Below are positions 20,727-32,557 of a stretch of 64,000 bases of DNA, piece by piece (position 1 is the stretch's first letter; each line of letters starts with the position of its first letter). The notes beneath the pieces were generated by a model. It was not told where the DNA came from and ran no database searches. It was given only the letters and a program-made list of their open reading frames with translations. Source of the stretch: Candidatus Kaiserbacteria bacterium (lineage in GTDB: Bacteria; Patescibacteriota; Minisyncoccia; Phycocordibacterales; Phycocordibacteraceae); assembly GCA_026396715.1 (NCBI GenBank), contig JAPLWH010000006.1:42850-106849 (forward strand), written 5' to 3'. The translations under genes were made by a program, and so were the position numbers.

Positions 20727-21983
20727 TTAATTGCGGCCGAGGATAGAGTCAAGGGTATTCCTGCGTACAATCATGCGCGACGGCAAGTACCCCGCGATGA
20801 CCGTCGTAAGTATCAGGAGCCCAATACGCACCATCGTACCGTCAAGCGGCGCAACGAGGATGCCGTCGCTGAACGGGAAATCAATCGGGTGCGCCGCAAG
20901 CGCAGGCACAAAGATGCCGTAGAGCACGAGGAGTCCTATCGCAGAACCGATACTCGCATAGAAGAGCGACTGGAAGACGTACGCGATTTCGATCGCTTCA
21001 CCTGAAATGCCGATGCCCTTTAGGATGCCGATGAACTTCCTGCGCGTGATCGCATTGATGAAGATGACGATAAAGATTGTGATCGCCGCGACGACGAGCC
21101 CGATGGAACTGAAGCCATTTCCGAGCATCGCGAACGTGGTCTTGATATCGGCGACGCCGTTCGGGATGGCGTCGGTAAAGGTCTGAATTTTCGCTTTTTC
21201 ACCAATACCGCTCGCAAGCAGGAGCGCCTTGAAGGCGTCGGGATCCCCTCCGGGAACTAAATGAATGACGATCTGCGCGACATTCTGATCCGTGCGACCC
21301 GTGAGCGAGCGCAGTTCAGCGGCGGGTATGAAAATACTCGCCGCGAGCGGCGCAATCTTGCTTTTCACGACACCCTTCACGATGACCTCGCGCACGGAAC
21401 CGTTTATCGTAAGCCGCACCTTGGTGCCCGGAGCAACATCGGTCAACGGCGTCAGTCCCGGCTGGTTTCCGAAGGCATACTTCGCAAGCAAAAGATTGCC
21501 GACAAGAATCTGATCGTAATCCCCTTCCTCGAGATATGCCCCGTCGATGATGTGCGTCGCAAGTCCCGAGAACGCATTCTCGACTGCAGGATCGATACCG
21601 ATGACCTGTGCACCGGTGGCATTTGGCTTTTCCGTATCATTCGTACGCGTGAGATAGTTTGCTTCGATAGTGCCTCCCGCTTGGTACCGCTCGGTCAGCA
21701 TCGCCACTTGCGGCAAAGTCTTCACAAAAGCAACGACGCTCGGTGTGTCTTCGATATATTTTTTTGTTGTGAGCGCAGAGAGTATGACATCGCCCGTATA
21801 CTGCGTACGATAGCTTTCATTGATACCCTCGATGAGGCCAACCAAGATACCCGTCACAACAACGAGATTAAGAAAAGTGAGGAGCATCACGAAGACGATG
21901 AGCCCTGTCGTCCACAAGCTCGCACGGCGCAGCTGCCGAACGGCGAGATAAAAACCGACGCGGATATTGAGAAGAGAAAACAT
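20727..21983 (-). CDS. ABC transporter permease (FtsX/MacB family)
   Basis: Four-TM layout with a large extracytoplasmic domain; RRKFIGILKGIG. Confidence 0.88.
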   Translation of the reverse strand: MFSLLNIRVGFYLAVRQLRRASLWTTGLIVFVMLLTFLNLVVVTGILVGLIEGINESYRTQYTGDVILSALTTKKYIEDTPSVVAFVKTLPQVAMLTERYQAGGTIEANYLTRTNDTEKPNATGAQVIGIDPAVENAFSGLATHIIDGAYLEEGDYDQILVGNLLLAKYAFGNQPGLTPLTDVAPGTKVRLTINGSVREVIVKGVVKSKIAPLAASIFIPAAELRSLTGRTDQNVAQIVIHLVPGGDPDAFKALLLASGIGEKAKIQTFTDAIPNGVADIKTTFAMLGNGFSSIGLVVAAITIFIVIFINAITRRKFIGILKGIGISGEAIEIAYVFQSLFYASIGSAIGLLVLYGIFVPALAAHPIDFPFSDGILVAPLDGTMVRIGLLILTTVIAGYLPSRMIVRRNTLDSILGRN

Positions 21984-21986
21984 GCG

Positions 21987-23498
21987 CTAGTGCGCGGGCG
22001 AGAGCAAGATGACCTCCCCTGCCGAAAGCCCTGAGAGGATGTAGGCCTGCCCGAGCGCAGGAGAAGGCCCGACACTGACCGGATGGGAGCTCGCGGTACC
22101 ACGTTCGATAACCGACACGAACGAAGCACCGTCCTGCATGCCGACAGCACCCGATGGAATGACAATTGCGTCGTGCAATACGCCAGTCACAATAGTGACG
22201 TTCGCCGTCATGCCACTTCTGATCATCGAGTCCGCTTTCGTGAATGCGAGCGTCGTCTTGTACGTCGGCACACCGTCCCTTATCGTTTCCGCCGGATCGA
22301 CCGCGATGACGGTTGCGGGAAATGTCACCGCGGCGCCATACGCATCAAGCGTCGTCGTTGCTAGATTCCCGGGAGCGATGTGCGCGATAGCCACCTCAGG
22401 CACATACGTTTCAATTTCAAAAATACCATTGCTCTGCAGCGAGATCTCCGACGTGGTCGGCGCTATGATCTCGCCGACTTTCGCATCCATGCGCGTCACG
22501 ATTCCTGAAAACGGCGCGACAATGCGCGTAGCGACGACTTTCGCCCGCGCCGACCGAACCTCGGCGGCGGCGGCGGCGACCGCTGCCTCTTGCGCCGCGA
22601 TAGCGTCACTTGTCGAACCTGCCTGCTTCAAGGTAAGGGCGCTCTGCGCTGTATCGAGCGCGGCGGCGGCAGTCGTGAGCGCCGTCGCGGACGTATTCAC
22701 ATTCGTACGCGCAGTCGCAAGTGTCGTGCTGTACGAAGCAAGGGTCGCAATGGAGATCGCTTGATCTGGAACACCCTGATTAAGCGCTCGATTTGCATCA
22801 GCGAGCAGCGTCGTTACCTGAGCAACATACTTTTGCGACTGTATTGCCGCCGCGGCAGCCGTATCATTCGAGAGATTAGCGACGATCAGCGCCCATGCAA
22901 CAAGCCCGGTCTCGATGCTCGTGCGATCAGATTCGACGAGATTCTGCAACGCGACATTCGCGACGACAAATGAGAGCTTTGGATTCGTGCGCGGATTCGT
23001 GAAAAAGAGATCGACTCGATTGCGCACCGCATCATCGCTCGCCGTATACACATTCTGTATCGCATTACTGAGCGATGCTTTCGCATTTACTACCGCCAGA
23101 GAAGCGGAAGCGAGTTCTTCAGGTCGCGTACCCGCCACAAGCGCAGCGAGGTTCGCCTCAGCTTGCGCGAGCGCCGCCTGCTTCTGCGCAAGCGTCGCGA
23201 TAAGATCGCCGTTTTCTGTCTCTGCAAGGACCGTACCCGCAAGAACACGCTGTCCTACCTCCGCATACACACCCGCGATGCGCCCATTCGTTGCAAATCC
23301 GAGCGCGACGTCTTGAGCGGCTGTCACCGTACCCGACACGCGTACCTGTTCCACGAAATCACCCTGAGAAACAGTCAGGGTCGCTCCGAGATTCGGTCCG
23401 CGCCCCAGGTAGAAATAACCGACACCCGCAATGATGAGCACTGCGACAAGCGCATAGCGCCATTGCGGAAATAGTAAGCGCTCCAGAAAAGCATCCAT
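21987..23498 (-). CDS. Efflux membrane-fusion/periplasmic adaptor protein
   Basis: N-terminal TM, lipoyl halves (GRIAGVYAEVGQ; IVAPFSGIV), long coiled coil, GMTA. Confidence 0.88.
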   Translation of the reverse strand: MDAFLERLLFPQWRYALVAVLIIAGVGYFYLGRGPNLGATLTVSQGDFVEQVRVSGTVTAAQDVALGFATNGRIAGVYAEVGQRVLAGTVLAETENGDLIATLAQKQAALAQAEANLAALVAGTRPEELASASLAVVNAKASLSNAIQNVYTASDDAVRNRVDLFFTNPRTNPKLSFVVANVALQNLVESDRTSIETGLVAWALIVANLSNDTAAAAAIQSQKYVAQVTTLLADANRALNQGVPDQAISIATLASYSTTLATARTNVNTSATALTTAAAALDTAQSALTLKQAGSTSDAIAAQEAAVAAAAAEVRSARAKVVATRIVAPFSGIVTRMDAKVGEIIAPTTSEISLQSNGIFEIETYVPEVAIAHIAPGNLATTTLDAYGAAVTFPATVIAVDPAETIRDGVPTYKTTLAFTKADSMIRSGMTANVTIVTGVLHDAIVIPSGAVGMQDGASFVSVIERGTASSHPVSVGPSPALGQAYILSGLSAGEVILLSPAH

Positions 23499-23545
23499 TA
23501 CAGCCGAGTGTAGCATTTACTACTATGTGTACGCATCGGAACAGA

Positions 23546-23584
23546 AAAATACCGCGGCGCCTGCAACAGGCGCCGCGGTATTTT
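23546..23584 (-). terminator. Intrinsic terminator of groEL
   Basis: AAAATACCGCGGCGCCTG/CAGGCGCCGCGGTATTTT. Confidence 0.8.
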
Positions 23585-23624
23585 CGCTGAGGCGAAACAA
23601 GACTTGTGAGCTATTTCGAGATTA

Positions 23625-25292
<1,668 letters not shown>

Positions 25293-25598
25293 TTAATTCA
25301 AAATGCCGAGGATACCTGACTCCGAAAGGATGTAGTACTCCTGTCCTTCAATCTTCACTTCGTCGTAGCCATATTTGCTGAAAAGCACCGTATCGCCGAC
25401 CTGCACCTGCATCGGCACGCGCTTCCCTTCTTCAAACTTTCCCAGACCGACCGCGACCACTTCGCCCTTTGCCGGGCGCTCCTTATCCACCGTCTCGGGA
25501 ATGATGATGCCCGAGGCAAGCTTTTTCTCGCCCTCCTTCTCAGCCGGCTTTACGACAAGACGATCGCCGAGCGGCGTAATCTGAAATTTCTTTGCCAT
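25293..25598 (-). CDS. groS: Co-chaperonin GroES
   Basis: PLGDRLVVK, SGIIIP, VGDTVLFSKY. Confidence 0.97.
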   Translation of the reverse strand: MAKKFQITPLGDRLVVKPAEKEGEKKLASGIIIPETVDKERPAKGEVVAVGLGKFEEGKRVPMQVQVGDTVLFSKYGYDEVKIEGQEYYILSESGILGILN

Positions 25599-25680
25599 AG
25601 CGTTCTATATATACATGAATAAACGGCCCGTATCGCACAAGTACAGTGAGTATAGAGAAAACTCCCGTTCCCGCAAAGAC

Positions 25681-25709
25681 TTGACAGAAAGTATGACGTA
25701 TGCTATCCT
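25681..25709 (+). promoter_or_regulatory. Sigma70-type promoter
   Basis: TTGACA-17 bp-TATCCT with an extended TG. Confidence 0.7.
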
Positions 25710-25755
25710 TTAAATCAGAGGTAATTCCTGGGTTCTAACTCAAGGAGGTGCTCTG

Positions 25756-25914
25756 ATGTCTTTCTTAGAAGTCACATTCGCCGCGGTCATCGTTTTAGCG
25801 ATACTCGCACTAGCGTCCAAGACGATGGAATCTTTTCGGGGAATGATTCATCGGAGCAAGTATGACAAAGCGAGATTCCCCTGTGCGAATAAAGACAGGA
25901 GTCTTGTTCACTGA
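25756..25914 (+). CDS. Small single-TM protein (52 aa; not in the ORF track)
   Basis: MSFLEVTFAAVIVLAILALASK...; AAGGAGG at 25742-25748 and a promoter upstream. Confidence 0.6.
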   Translation: MSFLEVTFAAVIVLAILALASKTMESFRGMIHRSKYDKARFPCANKDRSLVH

Positions 25915-26040
25915 AAAGCAGTTTAGGTGAATCCACCAACGCGCCGCCAAAGAGAAGTCTTTGGCTGGCGCGTTTATTTTTATACCCGCTCTCCGTGTGC
26001 TTGCGCACCCTTCCCCGACCGTGCTATTCTTCGGACACAG

Positions 26041-26277
26041 ATGGAGGCACTCGTATCGGCACTACCGTACGCAGAAATTGTCCTCGGAATACTCCTCATC
26101 GTCGGCATCGTGCTCCAGCAGCGCGGCGCGACCCTCGGCGGAGCCTTCGGAGGTGATAATTTCGCGTCGACGTTTTACAAGCGCAGAGGCGCCGAGAAAT
26201 TTCTATTCAATGCGACCATCGCTATCGCGGTACTCCTCGTGCTTGCGGCGATAACGAACTTCCTTCTGGTAGGATAA
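26041..26277 (+). CDS. secG: Preprotein translocase subunit SecG
   Basis: IVLQQRGATLGGAFGG...RRGAEKFL; two TM segments. Confidence 0.92.
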   Translation: MEALVSALPYAEIVLGILLIVGIVLQQRGATLGGAFGGDNFASTFYKRRGAEKFLFNATIAIAVLLVLAAITNFLLVG

Positions 26278-28001
26278 TGATCGATAGAAATCTTCCTCAG
26301 TGGAGAGAGCGCCTGCAACGTTCTTGGAGCGTTCCTTCATTCGAACGCCTCCAGGAGCGTATCCACGCACTCACCCCCGGCGACCGTGTCCTGTTTTATG
26401 CCCTTTCGATTCTTGTCGGCATTGCTTCTATTCTTGGACTCTATGCCCTCGAACGCTCGCTCCTCGCTGAGGTGCCCGCCTACGGCGGCAGTCTCGCCGA
26501 AGGAGAAGTCGGAAGTCCGCAATTCATAAATCCGCTGCTCGCCATTAGCGATGCTGATCGCGATCTTTCTGCGCTTGTCTATGCGGGACTCATGGGCCTT
26601 TCAGGATCGGGAGAACTCGTGCCGATGCTTGCCGAAAGCTACACACTCTCCACTGATGGAAAGACGTACACGTTCACCCTGCGCGCGAATGCGACATTCT
26701 CTGACGGAACACCCGTTACAGCGGATGACGTGGTTTTCACGGTTGAGAAAGCGCAAAATGCCTCACTCAAGAGTCCGAAATACGCGGACTGGTCTGGAGT
26801 AAACGCGAAAGAGGTCGATCCGCATACCGTACGCTTCACGCTCACCAAGCCCTACGCACCATTCCTCGGACTCACGACACTCGGAATCCTTCCTTCACGT
26901 CTCTGGAAGAACATTTCGAACGAAGAGTTTCCGTTCTCGACTCTTGAGACAAGTCCGGTGGGTGCCGGGCCTTTCAAGGTCGCGAGCATCTCGCGTGATG
27001 CGTCAGGACTCATCAAGAGCGTATCGCTCGTCGAGAATTCACACTACGTACTCGGCCGACCGTACCTCGACGATATTCGCTTCAACTTCTACGCACGAAA
27101 CGATGATCTCACGAGCGCACTCACGAGCGGCACCGAGGAGAGCGCGTATGATGTCTCGACGAAAGGAGCTTTGACCGCCCCGTACGCTCGCGTCTTCGGC
27201 GTCTTCTGGAATCCGGGCGAGAAACAGGTCTTTGCGCGCCTCGAAGTGCGCAAAGCGCTCTCACTCGCTCTTAACCGGCAAGACCTCATCGACACCGTGC
27301 TCGGCGGGTATGCAACGGCAATCATGGGACCGGTGCCGCCCGGTGAAAACGTGACGCAGGTGCCGGTCCCGCAATCGGAAAACCCGACGGCGGCGGCTGC
27401 AGCGGTACTGCAAGCATCCGGATGGATCTATGACGGAACGTCGCATGTCTGGAAAAATGCGGCGGCAAAGCAAACGCTCGACCGTATCACACTGCGTACC
27501 TCAAATGTGCCGGAACTGAAAAATGTCGCGAGCGCAGTGAAGGCAGACTGGGAAAAGCTCGGTATCAGCGTCGACATCGAGCTGTACGAGCCGGGCGACC
27601 TCTCGCAGAACGTCATCCGCCCGCGCAAGTATGAAGCACTCCTCTACGGCATGGTAATCGGCCGCGATCAGGACCTGTATGCGTTCTGGCATTCGCAAGA
27701 GCGCAATGATCCTGGACTCAACATCGCGCTCTATGCGAACAAGACGATTGACGCACTTCTTGAAGGTGCGCGCGGATCCATCAGCCAAGATACGCGCTCA
27801 AAAAATCTGCAGAAGATCGAGGATATCGTCGCGGCAGAATACCCTGCGGCATTCATCTATGCTCCGAACTTCACCTATGCCGTGCCGAACGATCTTAAGG
27901 GCGTCGTCTTGCCGCAGATCATCACTCCCGCAGACCGCTTCGCGACCGCCGCTTCGTGGTACCGGGAAACCGACGCTGTCTGGCCATTTTTCACCAAGTA
28001 A
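26277..28001 (+). CDS. ABC-type peptide-binding protein (OppA/DppA, SBP family 5), membrane-anchored
   Basis: LAESY...DGKTYTFTLR...FSDGTPVTADDV, PVGAGPF, VRKALSLA. Confidence 0.9.
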   Translation: MIDRNLPQWRERLQRSWSVPSFERLQERIHALTPGDRVLFYALSILVGIASILGLYALERSLLAEVPAYGGSLAEGEVGSPQFINPLLAISDADRDLSALVYAGLMGLSGSGELVPMLAESYTLSTDGKTYTFTLRANATFSDGTPVTADDVVFTVEKAQNASLKSPKYADWSGVNAKEVDPHTVRFTLTKPYAPFLGLTTLGILPSRLWKNISNEEFPFSTLETSPVGAGPFKVASISRDASGLIKSVSLVENSHYVLGRPYLDDIRFNFYARNDDLTSALTSGTEESAYDVSTKGALTAPYARVFGVFWNPGEKQVFARLEVRKALSLALNRQDLIDTVLGGYATAIMGPVPPGENVTQVPVPQSENPTAAAAAVLQASGWIYDGTSHVWKNAAAKQTLDRITLRTSNVPELKNVASAVKADWEKLGISVDIELYEPGDLSQNVIRPRKYEALLYGMVIGRDQDLYAFWHSQERNDPGLNIALYANKTIDALLEGARGSISQDTRSKNLQKIEDIVAAEYPAAFIYAPNFTYAVPNDLKGVVLPQIITPADRFATAASWYRETDAVWPFFTK

Positions 28002-28071
28002 TTCTACGCATCTATTTTCGTACGGGTTTCAGTTTCAATTAACAATCTTACCCGATTAACTACCTATCGTT

Positions 28072-30015
28072 ATGAATCCATCACCATCACCAGCCCCGGC
28101 ACCAGCCCCGACGCCTGCACCCGCTCCGAGACCGGAGCATGAGGCGCAACCGAGTCATGCTCGACCACACAGAAGTTTTGAGCGCGGCGACCGGCCGACC
28201 GGCCGCGGCAGCTCTCGTCCCGGAAGTGGATCACGCCCGGGAGGCGCAACTCGCCGCATCCAGCGCATACTCCGCCGCCCGACGGCCACCTCCTCGCGTG
28301 CCGTCCGCACGGTAGACTACTTCCCCGAAGCTCCGGGCCCGACGACCGTTCGCATCATTCCGCTCGGCGGCGTGGAAGAAGTCGGTCGCAATATGATTGC
28401 GGTCGAAGTCGGCGCAACCGGCGACATCATCGTCTTCGATGCAGGCTTCCAATTCGTCTCTGAAGAATCTTCTCCCGGAGTTGACTACATCCTTCCGAAT
28501 ACCCGGTATCTCGAGAAGAATGCCTCGCGCGTGAAAGGTGTCGTCATCACGCACGGACACCTCGACCACATCGGTGGTATTCCTTTCATTCTTCCCCGCT
28601 TCGGCACACCGCCCATCTACACACAGAAGCTCACCTCCGTCATGATTGCGCGGCGTCAGGAAGAATATCCGGACGTACCGAAATCAGAAATGATCGTCGT
28701 CGAAGTCGGCCAGACCGTCACCATCGGCTCGACCAAAGTGAAGTTCTTCCCGGTTACGCACTCGATTCCCGACTCGATGGGCGCTTCGGTAGAAACGCCG
28801 CAGGGTAACGTCGTGATATCAGGCGACTTGAAGCTCGACCATGATGACGGCATTCCTACCGCTCGCGAGAATAAGACCTGGGGCGATATCGGCAAAGACA
28901 AGAACATCTTCCTCGTCGCCGACTCCACGAACGCCGAGAAGGACGGCTTCTCCATTCCCGAGATACGCGTCATCCAGACGCTCGAAAACATCATCAAGAC
29001 GGTCTCGGGACGCCTCATCATCGGCACTTTCGCTTCGCAGTTCGAGCGCATGATCCACATCATGGAAACCGCCGAGAAGCACAACAAAAAGATCGTCCTT
29101 GTCGGCCGCTCGATAAAGACTAATCTCGAAATCGCCGAAAAAACTGGTCTCTTGAAAGTGCCCAAAAATACCTTCATACCCGAACAGGAGCTCAGTGACT
29201 ATCCGCCCGACAAGATCGTCATCCTCTCGACCGGCGCGCAGGGTGAAGAGTTCGGGGGACTCATGCGCCTTTCGACAAAACAGAACAAGTACATCACGTT
29301 GAACGAGCGCGACACTATCGTGCTCTCCTCGTCGGTCATCCCGGGCAATGAGATCGCCGTGCAGAAACTCAAGGACAACCTCTACCGCCACAACGTGACG
29401 CTCATCCACTACCGATCGAGTGACGTGCACTCGACCGGCCACGGCAATACGGGCGAGCTCGTCTGGATCAATAAGCAGGTGCACCCGGCGTTCTTTATGC
29501 CAGGCTATGGCTACCGCTCTATGACGACCTGTCACGCGAAAGCGGTCGAGCAGTCCGGCTTTCCGCGCGAAAACATCATCATCGCGGATAACGGCACCGT
29601 CATCGACATCGACGACGGCGTACGCATGAACGTGCACAAGCAGAAAGTGCCTTCGACCCCGATGGTCGTCGACGGCTTCACGATCGGTGACATCCAGGAG
29701 GTCGTCATCCGCGACCGCCAGTCGCTCGCAAAAGACGGCATGTTCGTCATCATCGCGAGCGTGAACCTGAAGACCGGAAAACTGCGCAAGTCGCCGGACA
29801 TCATCAGTCGCGGCTTCATCTACCTGCGTGAGTCACAAGACCTCCTGAATGAGGCACGTATCCTCATCAAGAAGACGATCGAAGATTCAACTGGCAATAT
29901 GAACCCTATCGACCTCGACTACGTGAAGAACAATCTGACCGACGTCGTCGCCGGATTCCTCTTCGCGCGCACCAACAAGGCGCCGATGGTCATCCCGGTG
30001 CTAATAGGAATGTAA
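28072..30015 (+). CDS. rnj: Ribonuclease J
   Basis: PLGGVEEVGRNM, THGHLDHIGG, HSIPD, DSTN, HSTGH. Confidence 0.95.
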   Translation: MNPSPSPAPAPAPTPAPAPRPEHEAQPSHARPHRSFERGDRPTGRGSSRPGSGSRPGGATRRIQRILRRPTATSSRAVRTVDYFPEAPGPTTVRIIPLGGVEEVGRNMIAVEVGATGDIIVFDAGFQFVSEESSPGVDYILPNTRYLEKNASRVKGVVITHGHLDHIGGIPFILPRFGTPPIYTQKLTSVMIARRQEEYPDVPKSEMIVVEVGQTVTIGSTKVKFFPVTHSIPDSMGASVETPQGNVVISGDLKLDHDDGIPTARENKTWGDIGKDKNIFLVADSTNAEKDGFSIPEIRVIQTLENIIKTVSGRLIIGTFASQFERMIHIMETAEKHNKKIVLVGRSIKTNLEIAEKTGLLKVPKNTFIPEQELSDYPPDKIVILSTGAQGEEFGGLMRLSTKQNKYITLNERDTIVLSSSVIPGNEIAVQKLKDNLYRHNVTLIHYRSSDVHSTGHGNTGELVWINKQVHPAFFMPGYGYRSMTTCHAKAVEQSGFPRENIIIADNGTVIDIDDGVRMNVHKQKVPSTPMVVDGFTIGDIQEVVIRDRQSLAKDGMFVIIASVNLKTGKLRKSPDIISRGFIYLRESQDLLNEARILIKKTIEDSTGNMNPIDLDYVKNNLTDVVAGFLFARTNKAPMVIPVLIGM

Positions 30016-30031
30016 ATCCGCAAAGCCGGAT

Positions 30032-30100
30032 TTCCTCCCTACGCTTGCCTCGGACAAATGCATGCAGACATGCTTTGCCGCTCGGCTCGCTTGGCAGTAA
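30032..30100. repeat. CGCTCGCT hairpin element (divergent copy)
   Basis: TTCCT...CGCTTGCCTCGG-stem-loop-CTCGCTTGGCAGTAA; resembles the 54286 and 62791 copies. Confidence 0.5.
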
Positions 30101-30145
30101 GCTAAGCTCGACAGACAAAGCGTACCCAGCAAGTAAGGGGAGCGA

Positions 30146-30185
30146 CAGAACGCAGCGAGGTAATCCTCGCTGCGTTCTGCTTTTT
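30146..30185 (+). terminator. Intrinsic terminator after rnj
   Basis: CAGAACGCAGCGAGG/CCTCGCTGCGTTCTG followed by a T-run. Confidence 0.8.
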
Positions 30186-30340
30186 GCCCTTCACAAAGCT
30201 CATTCCAGAAGGTTAGATGGCCTCACCCGCACCAGCGCCCCTTGACTCTCAAACCAGATGCACTATAAATGCATACAGACAGAAAATACATTCTCAATTT
30301 TTGAGAATGTATCGCTCATTTCACAAAGGAGGATCTATCG

Positions 30341-30559
30341 ATGACTAAAGTAATTCCTGATCTGGAACCACCACCAACATTAACGTTCGCATGCACAGAA
30401 TGCGGACAAAGTTCCGATCGACCGCCTGGATCTGGAAGTATGATTGTTACCTGCAAAAAGCAGGTCGCCGGACCACCAGAGGCACCAGAACAAAATCGAG
30501 AATGTGGCAAAAGAAACGCCCTACAGCGTCTAGCCCCACCACTCCTGAAAACCGCCTGA
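30341..30559 (+). CDS. Small Cys-containing (possible zinc-ribbon) protein
   Basis: CTEC...C...C; AAGGAGG at 30326-30332; TTGACT...TATAAA upstream. Confidence 0.6.
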   Translation: MTKVIPDLEPPPTLTFACTECGQSSDRPPGSGSMIVTCKKQVAGPPEAPEQNRECGKRNALQRLAPPLLKTA

Positions 30560-30605
30560 CCGTTTAACTGGGTGGAGACTTCATGTCTTCCACCCAGTTT
30601 TGCTT

Positions 30606-31403
30606 TTACTCTGCGAGCGAATACATCGTGCCTTTTTTCTGTATTAATTGTTCCCTACGCAACGCCTCCAGAGCTTCGAGTAATTGCACCCGTCGCGAGA
30701 CATCGAAAAGTTTCATAATGCTCGCTTGCGAAGCGACTTCTTTAGAAAGAAGCCGCAAAATGGCGCCACGCGACTCCCGCAAGGACCCAACAAATTTCGA
30801 TTGCTTTGCATACGTTGCGCTCTTCTTATTGAGCGAGATGCCTGAGCGTTTCAAGTGCGCTCCATAATCCATAAGCGCGCTATACCACTCTCGCGACCTC
30901 CCTTTCGGCAGCGCCTCGGCGAGGATTTTTTCTATCTCCACATCCGACACTTTTTTCTTATCTGAAAAAAAATGATGCGTGACTGCCGTGCGGATATTCG
31001 TTTCAATCACAACAACATCTTGATTGTACGCAAATGCCACCACAGCACGCGCAGTGTAGGGACCAACGCCCGGTAATCGCTCCAACTCTGTTGCAGAACT
31101 CACTTTCGTAATGGCAAGTTCTTTTGCGGCGGCGTGCAGCAGCTTCGCGCGACGATTGTAGCCGAGTCCCTGCCAGCTTTTCAGAACTTCAGAGAGCGGC
31201 GCGGCGGCAAGCCGACGCGCCGTCGGAAACTTCTTCAGGAAAGCGTTGTAAAAAGGAATCACTCGCTCCACTTGTGTCTGCTGCAGCATCACTTCCGAAA
31301 CGAGAATGCGGTACACGTCATGATTCTTCCGCCACGGCAAGTCATGCCGCCCCCGCGCGTGATAGTGCCGCCACACGATTATCCTGAACTCTTTCAATAC
31401 CAT
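30606..31403 (-). CDS. mutY: A/G-specific adenine glycosylase, short form
   Basis: LPWR...VSEVMLQQTQV, WQGLGYNRRA, HhH LPGVGPYTA. Confidence 0.9.
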   Translation of the reverse strand: MVLKEFRIIVWRHYHARGRHDLPWRKNHDVYRILVSEVMLQQTQVERVIPFYNAFLKKFPTARRLAAAPLSEVLKSWQGLGYNRRAKLLHAAAKELAITKVSSATELERLPGVGPYTARAVVAFAYNQDVVVIETNIRTAVTHHFFSDKKKVSDVEIEKILAEALPKGRSREWYSALMDYGAHLKRSGISLNKKSATYAKQSKFVGSLRESRGAILRLLSKEVASQASIMKLFDVSRRVQLLEALEALRREQLIQKKGTMYSLAE

Positions 31404-31418
31404 CGGCACCATCCTACC

Positions 31419-32087
31419 TCATTTCGCTTTCGGCCAACGGAGGGCGGAGGGCGGCCAGAGCTTTGTGAGGGGGTGCGCCAGGCAGTTATGCGGACGCGCG
31501 GAGCACACGTACCGGCCGTAAAGCACGAGGCCGTTATTCACATATTTCCAGTCTTTTTTAGGGATGAGTGCTTCGAGGTCTTTCGATATTTTCTTGAGAT
31601 CATTCTGGTCAGTGAGGTCGAGACGCTTCGCAAAGCGCTTCACGTGCGTATCGGTTGCAATGCCCTCCCAGATGCCGTAGAGGTCGCCGAGAATGACGTG
31701 CGCCGTCTTGTAACCCACTCCTGGAAGCGCGACGAGCTCTGACTCCGTACGCGGCACGGCCCCCTTGTGCCGCGTTTGTATTTCTTTGGCCGCACCGATG
31801 ATCGCTTTCGCTTTATTACGGAAGAATGTCACGGAAGAGATTTCTTTCGTAAAAACTGCCGCATCCGCTTTCGCAAAATCTTTTGGCGTCTTGTATTTCT
31901 TGAAGAGCGTCGCCGTCAGCTTATTTACCGCTTTGTCCGTACACTGCGCCGAAAGGATGACCGCAACGACAAATTGAAATGGTGTCGTGTGCACGAGCTC
32001 GCTTGCTGGCGTCGGATACGCTTTTTTCAGATACGCGACAATCTTCTTTGCTCGAAGTACGCGCTCGGTCTGTTTCGCCGGAGTCAT
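31419..32087 (-). CDS. nth: Endonuclease III
   Basis: ILSAQCTD, LPGVGYKTA, DTHVKR. Confidence 0.92.
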   Translation of the reverse strand: MTPAKQTERVLRAKKIVAYLKKAYPTPASELVHTTPFQFVVAVILSAQCTDKAVNKLTATLFKKYKTPKDFAKADAAVFTKEISSVTFFRNKAKAIIGAAKEIQTRHKGAVPRTESELVALPGVGYKTAHVILGDLYGIWEGIATDTHVKRFAKRLDLTDQNDLKKISKDLEALIPKKDWKYVNNGLVLYGRYVCSARPHNCLAHPLTKLWPPSALRWPKAK

Positions 32088-32557
32088 TGCGCAAGAGTTT
32101 TTAGGTCCGCGATAACTGACGCCGCATGCGTTTTAGGCTTCACTTTTTCATACACCTTCGCGATCTCCCCTTCTGGATTGATGAGGAAGGAGGTACGGCT
32201 GATACCCATGTATGTTTTCCCCATGAACTTTTTCTCGCCAAAAACGCCATACTGTCCGACGACTTCTTTGTACTCATCGGCAAGCAGTGTAAACGGCAGT
32301 TCATACGCGCTCGCGAATTTCTTATGACTCGCGACGCTGTCGGTCGAAACACCAAGTACGACTACTCCTATCGCAGCAAAATCCTTGAATTGGTCGCGGA
32401 TGGTGCAGGCCTCAATCGTGCACCCCGGCGTATCATCTTTCGGATAGAAATAGAGCAACACCCACTTCCCCTGATAGTCGGAAAGCGTATGCGTCTTCCC
32501 CTCCTGATCAGGAAGCGTAAAGTCAGGTGCGCGCGTACCTATCGTTGGTAGTTCCAT
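32084..32557 (-). CDS. bcp: Peroxiredoxin Bcp/PrxQ
   Basis: YFYPKDDTPGCTIEAC. Confidence 0.94.
   Translation of the reverse strand: MELPTIGTRAPDFTLPDQEGKTHTLSDYQGKWVLLYFYPKDDTPGCTIEACTIRDQFKDFAAIGVVVLGVSTDSVASHKKFASAYELPFTLLADEYKEVVGQYGVFGEKKFMGKTYMGISRTSFLINPEGEIAKVYEKVKPKTHAASVIADLKTLAQ

Noticed and set aside
25599-25680. CIRCE operator upstream of groES
   Set aside because: No TTAGCACTC-N9-GAGTGCTAA is present.
28072-28260. Pro/Ala-rich repeat at the RNase J N-terminus
   Set aside because: It is a low-complexity disordered extension with no discrete DNA repeat unit.
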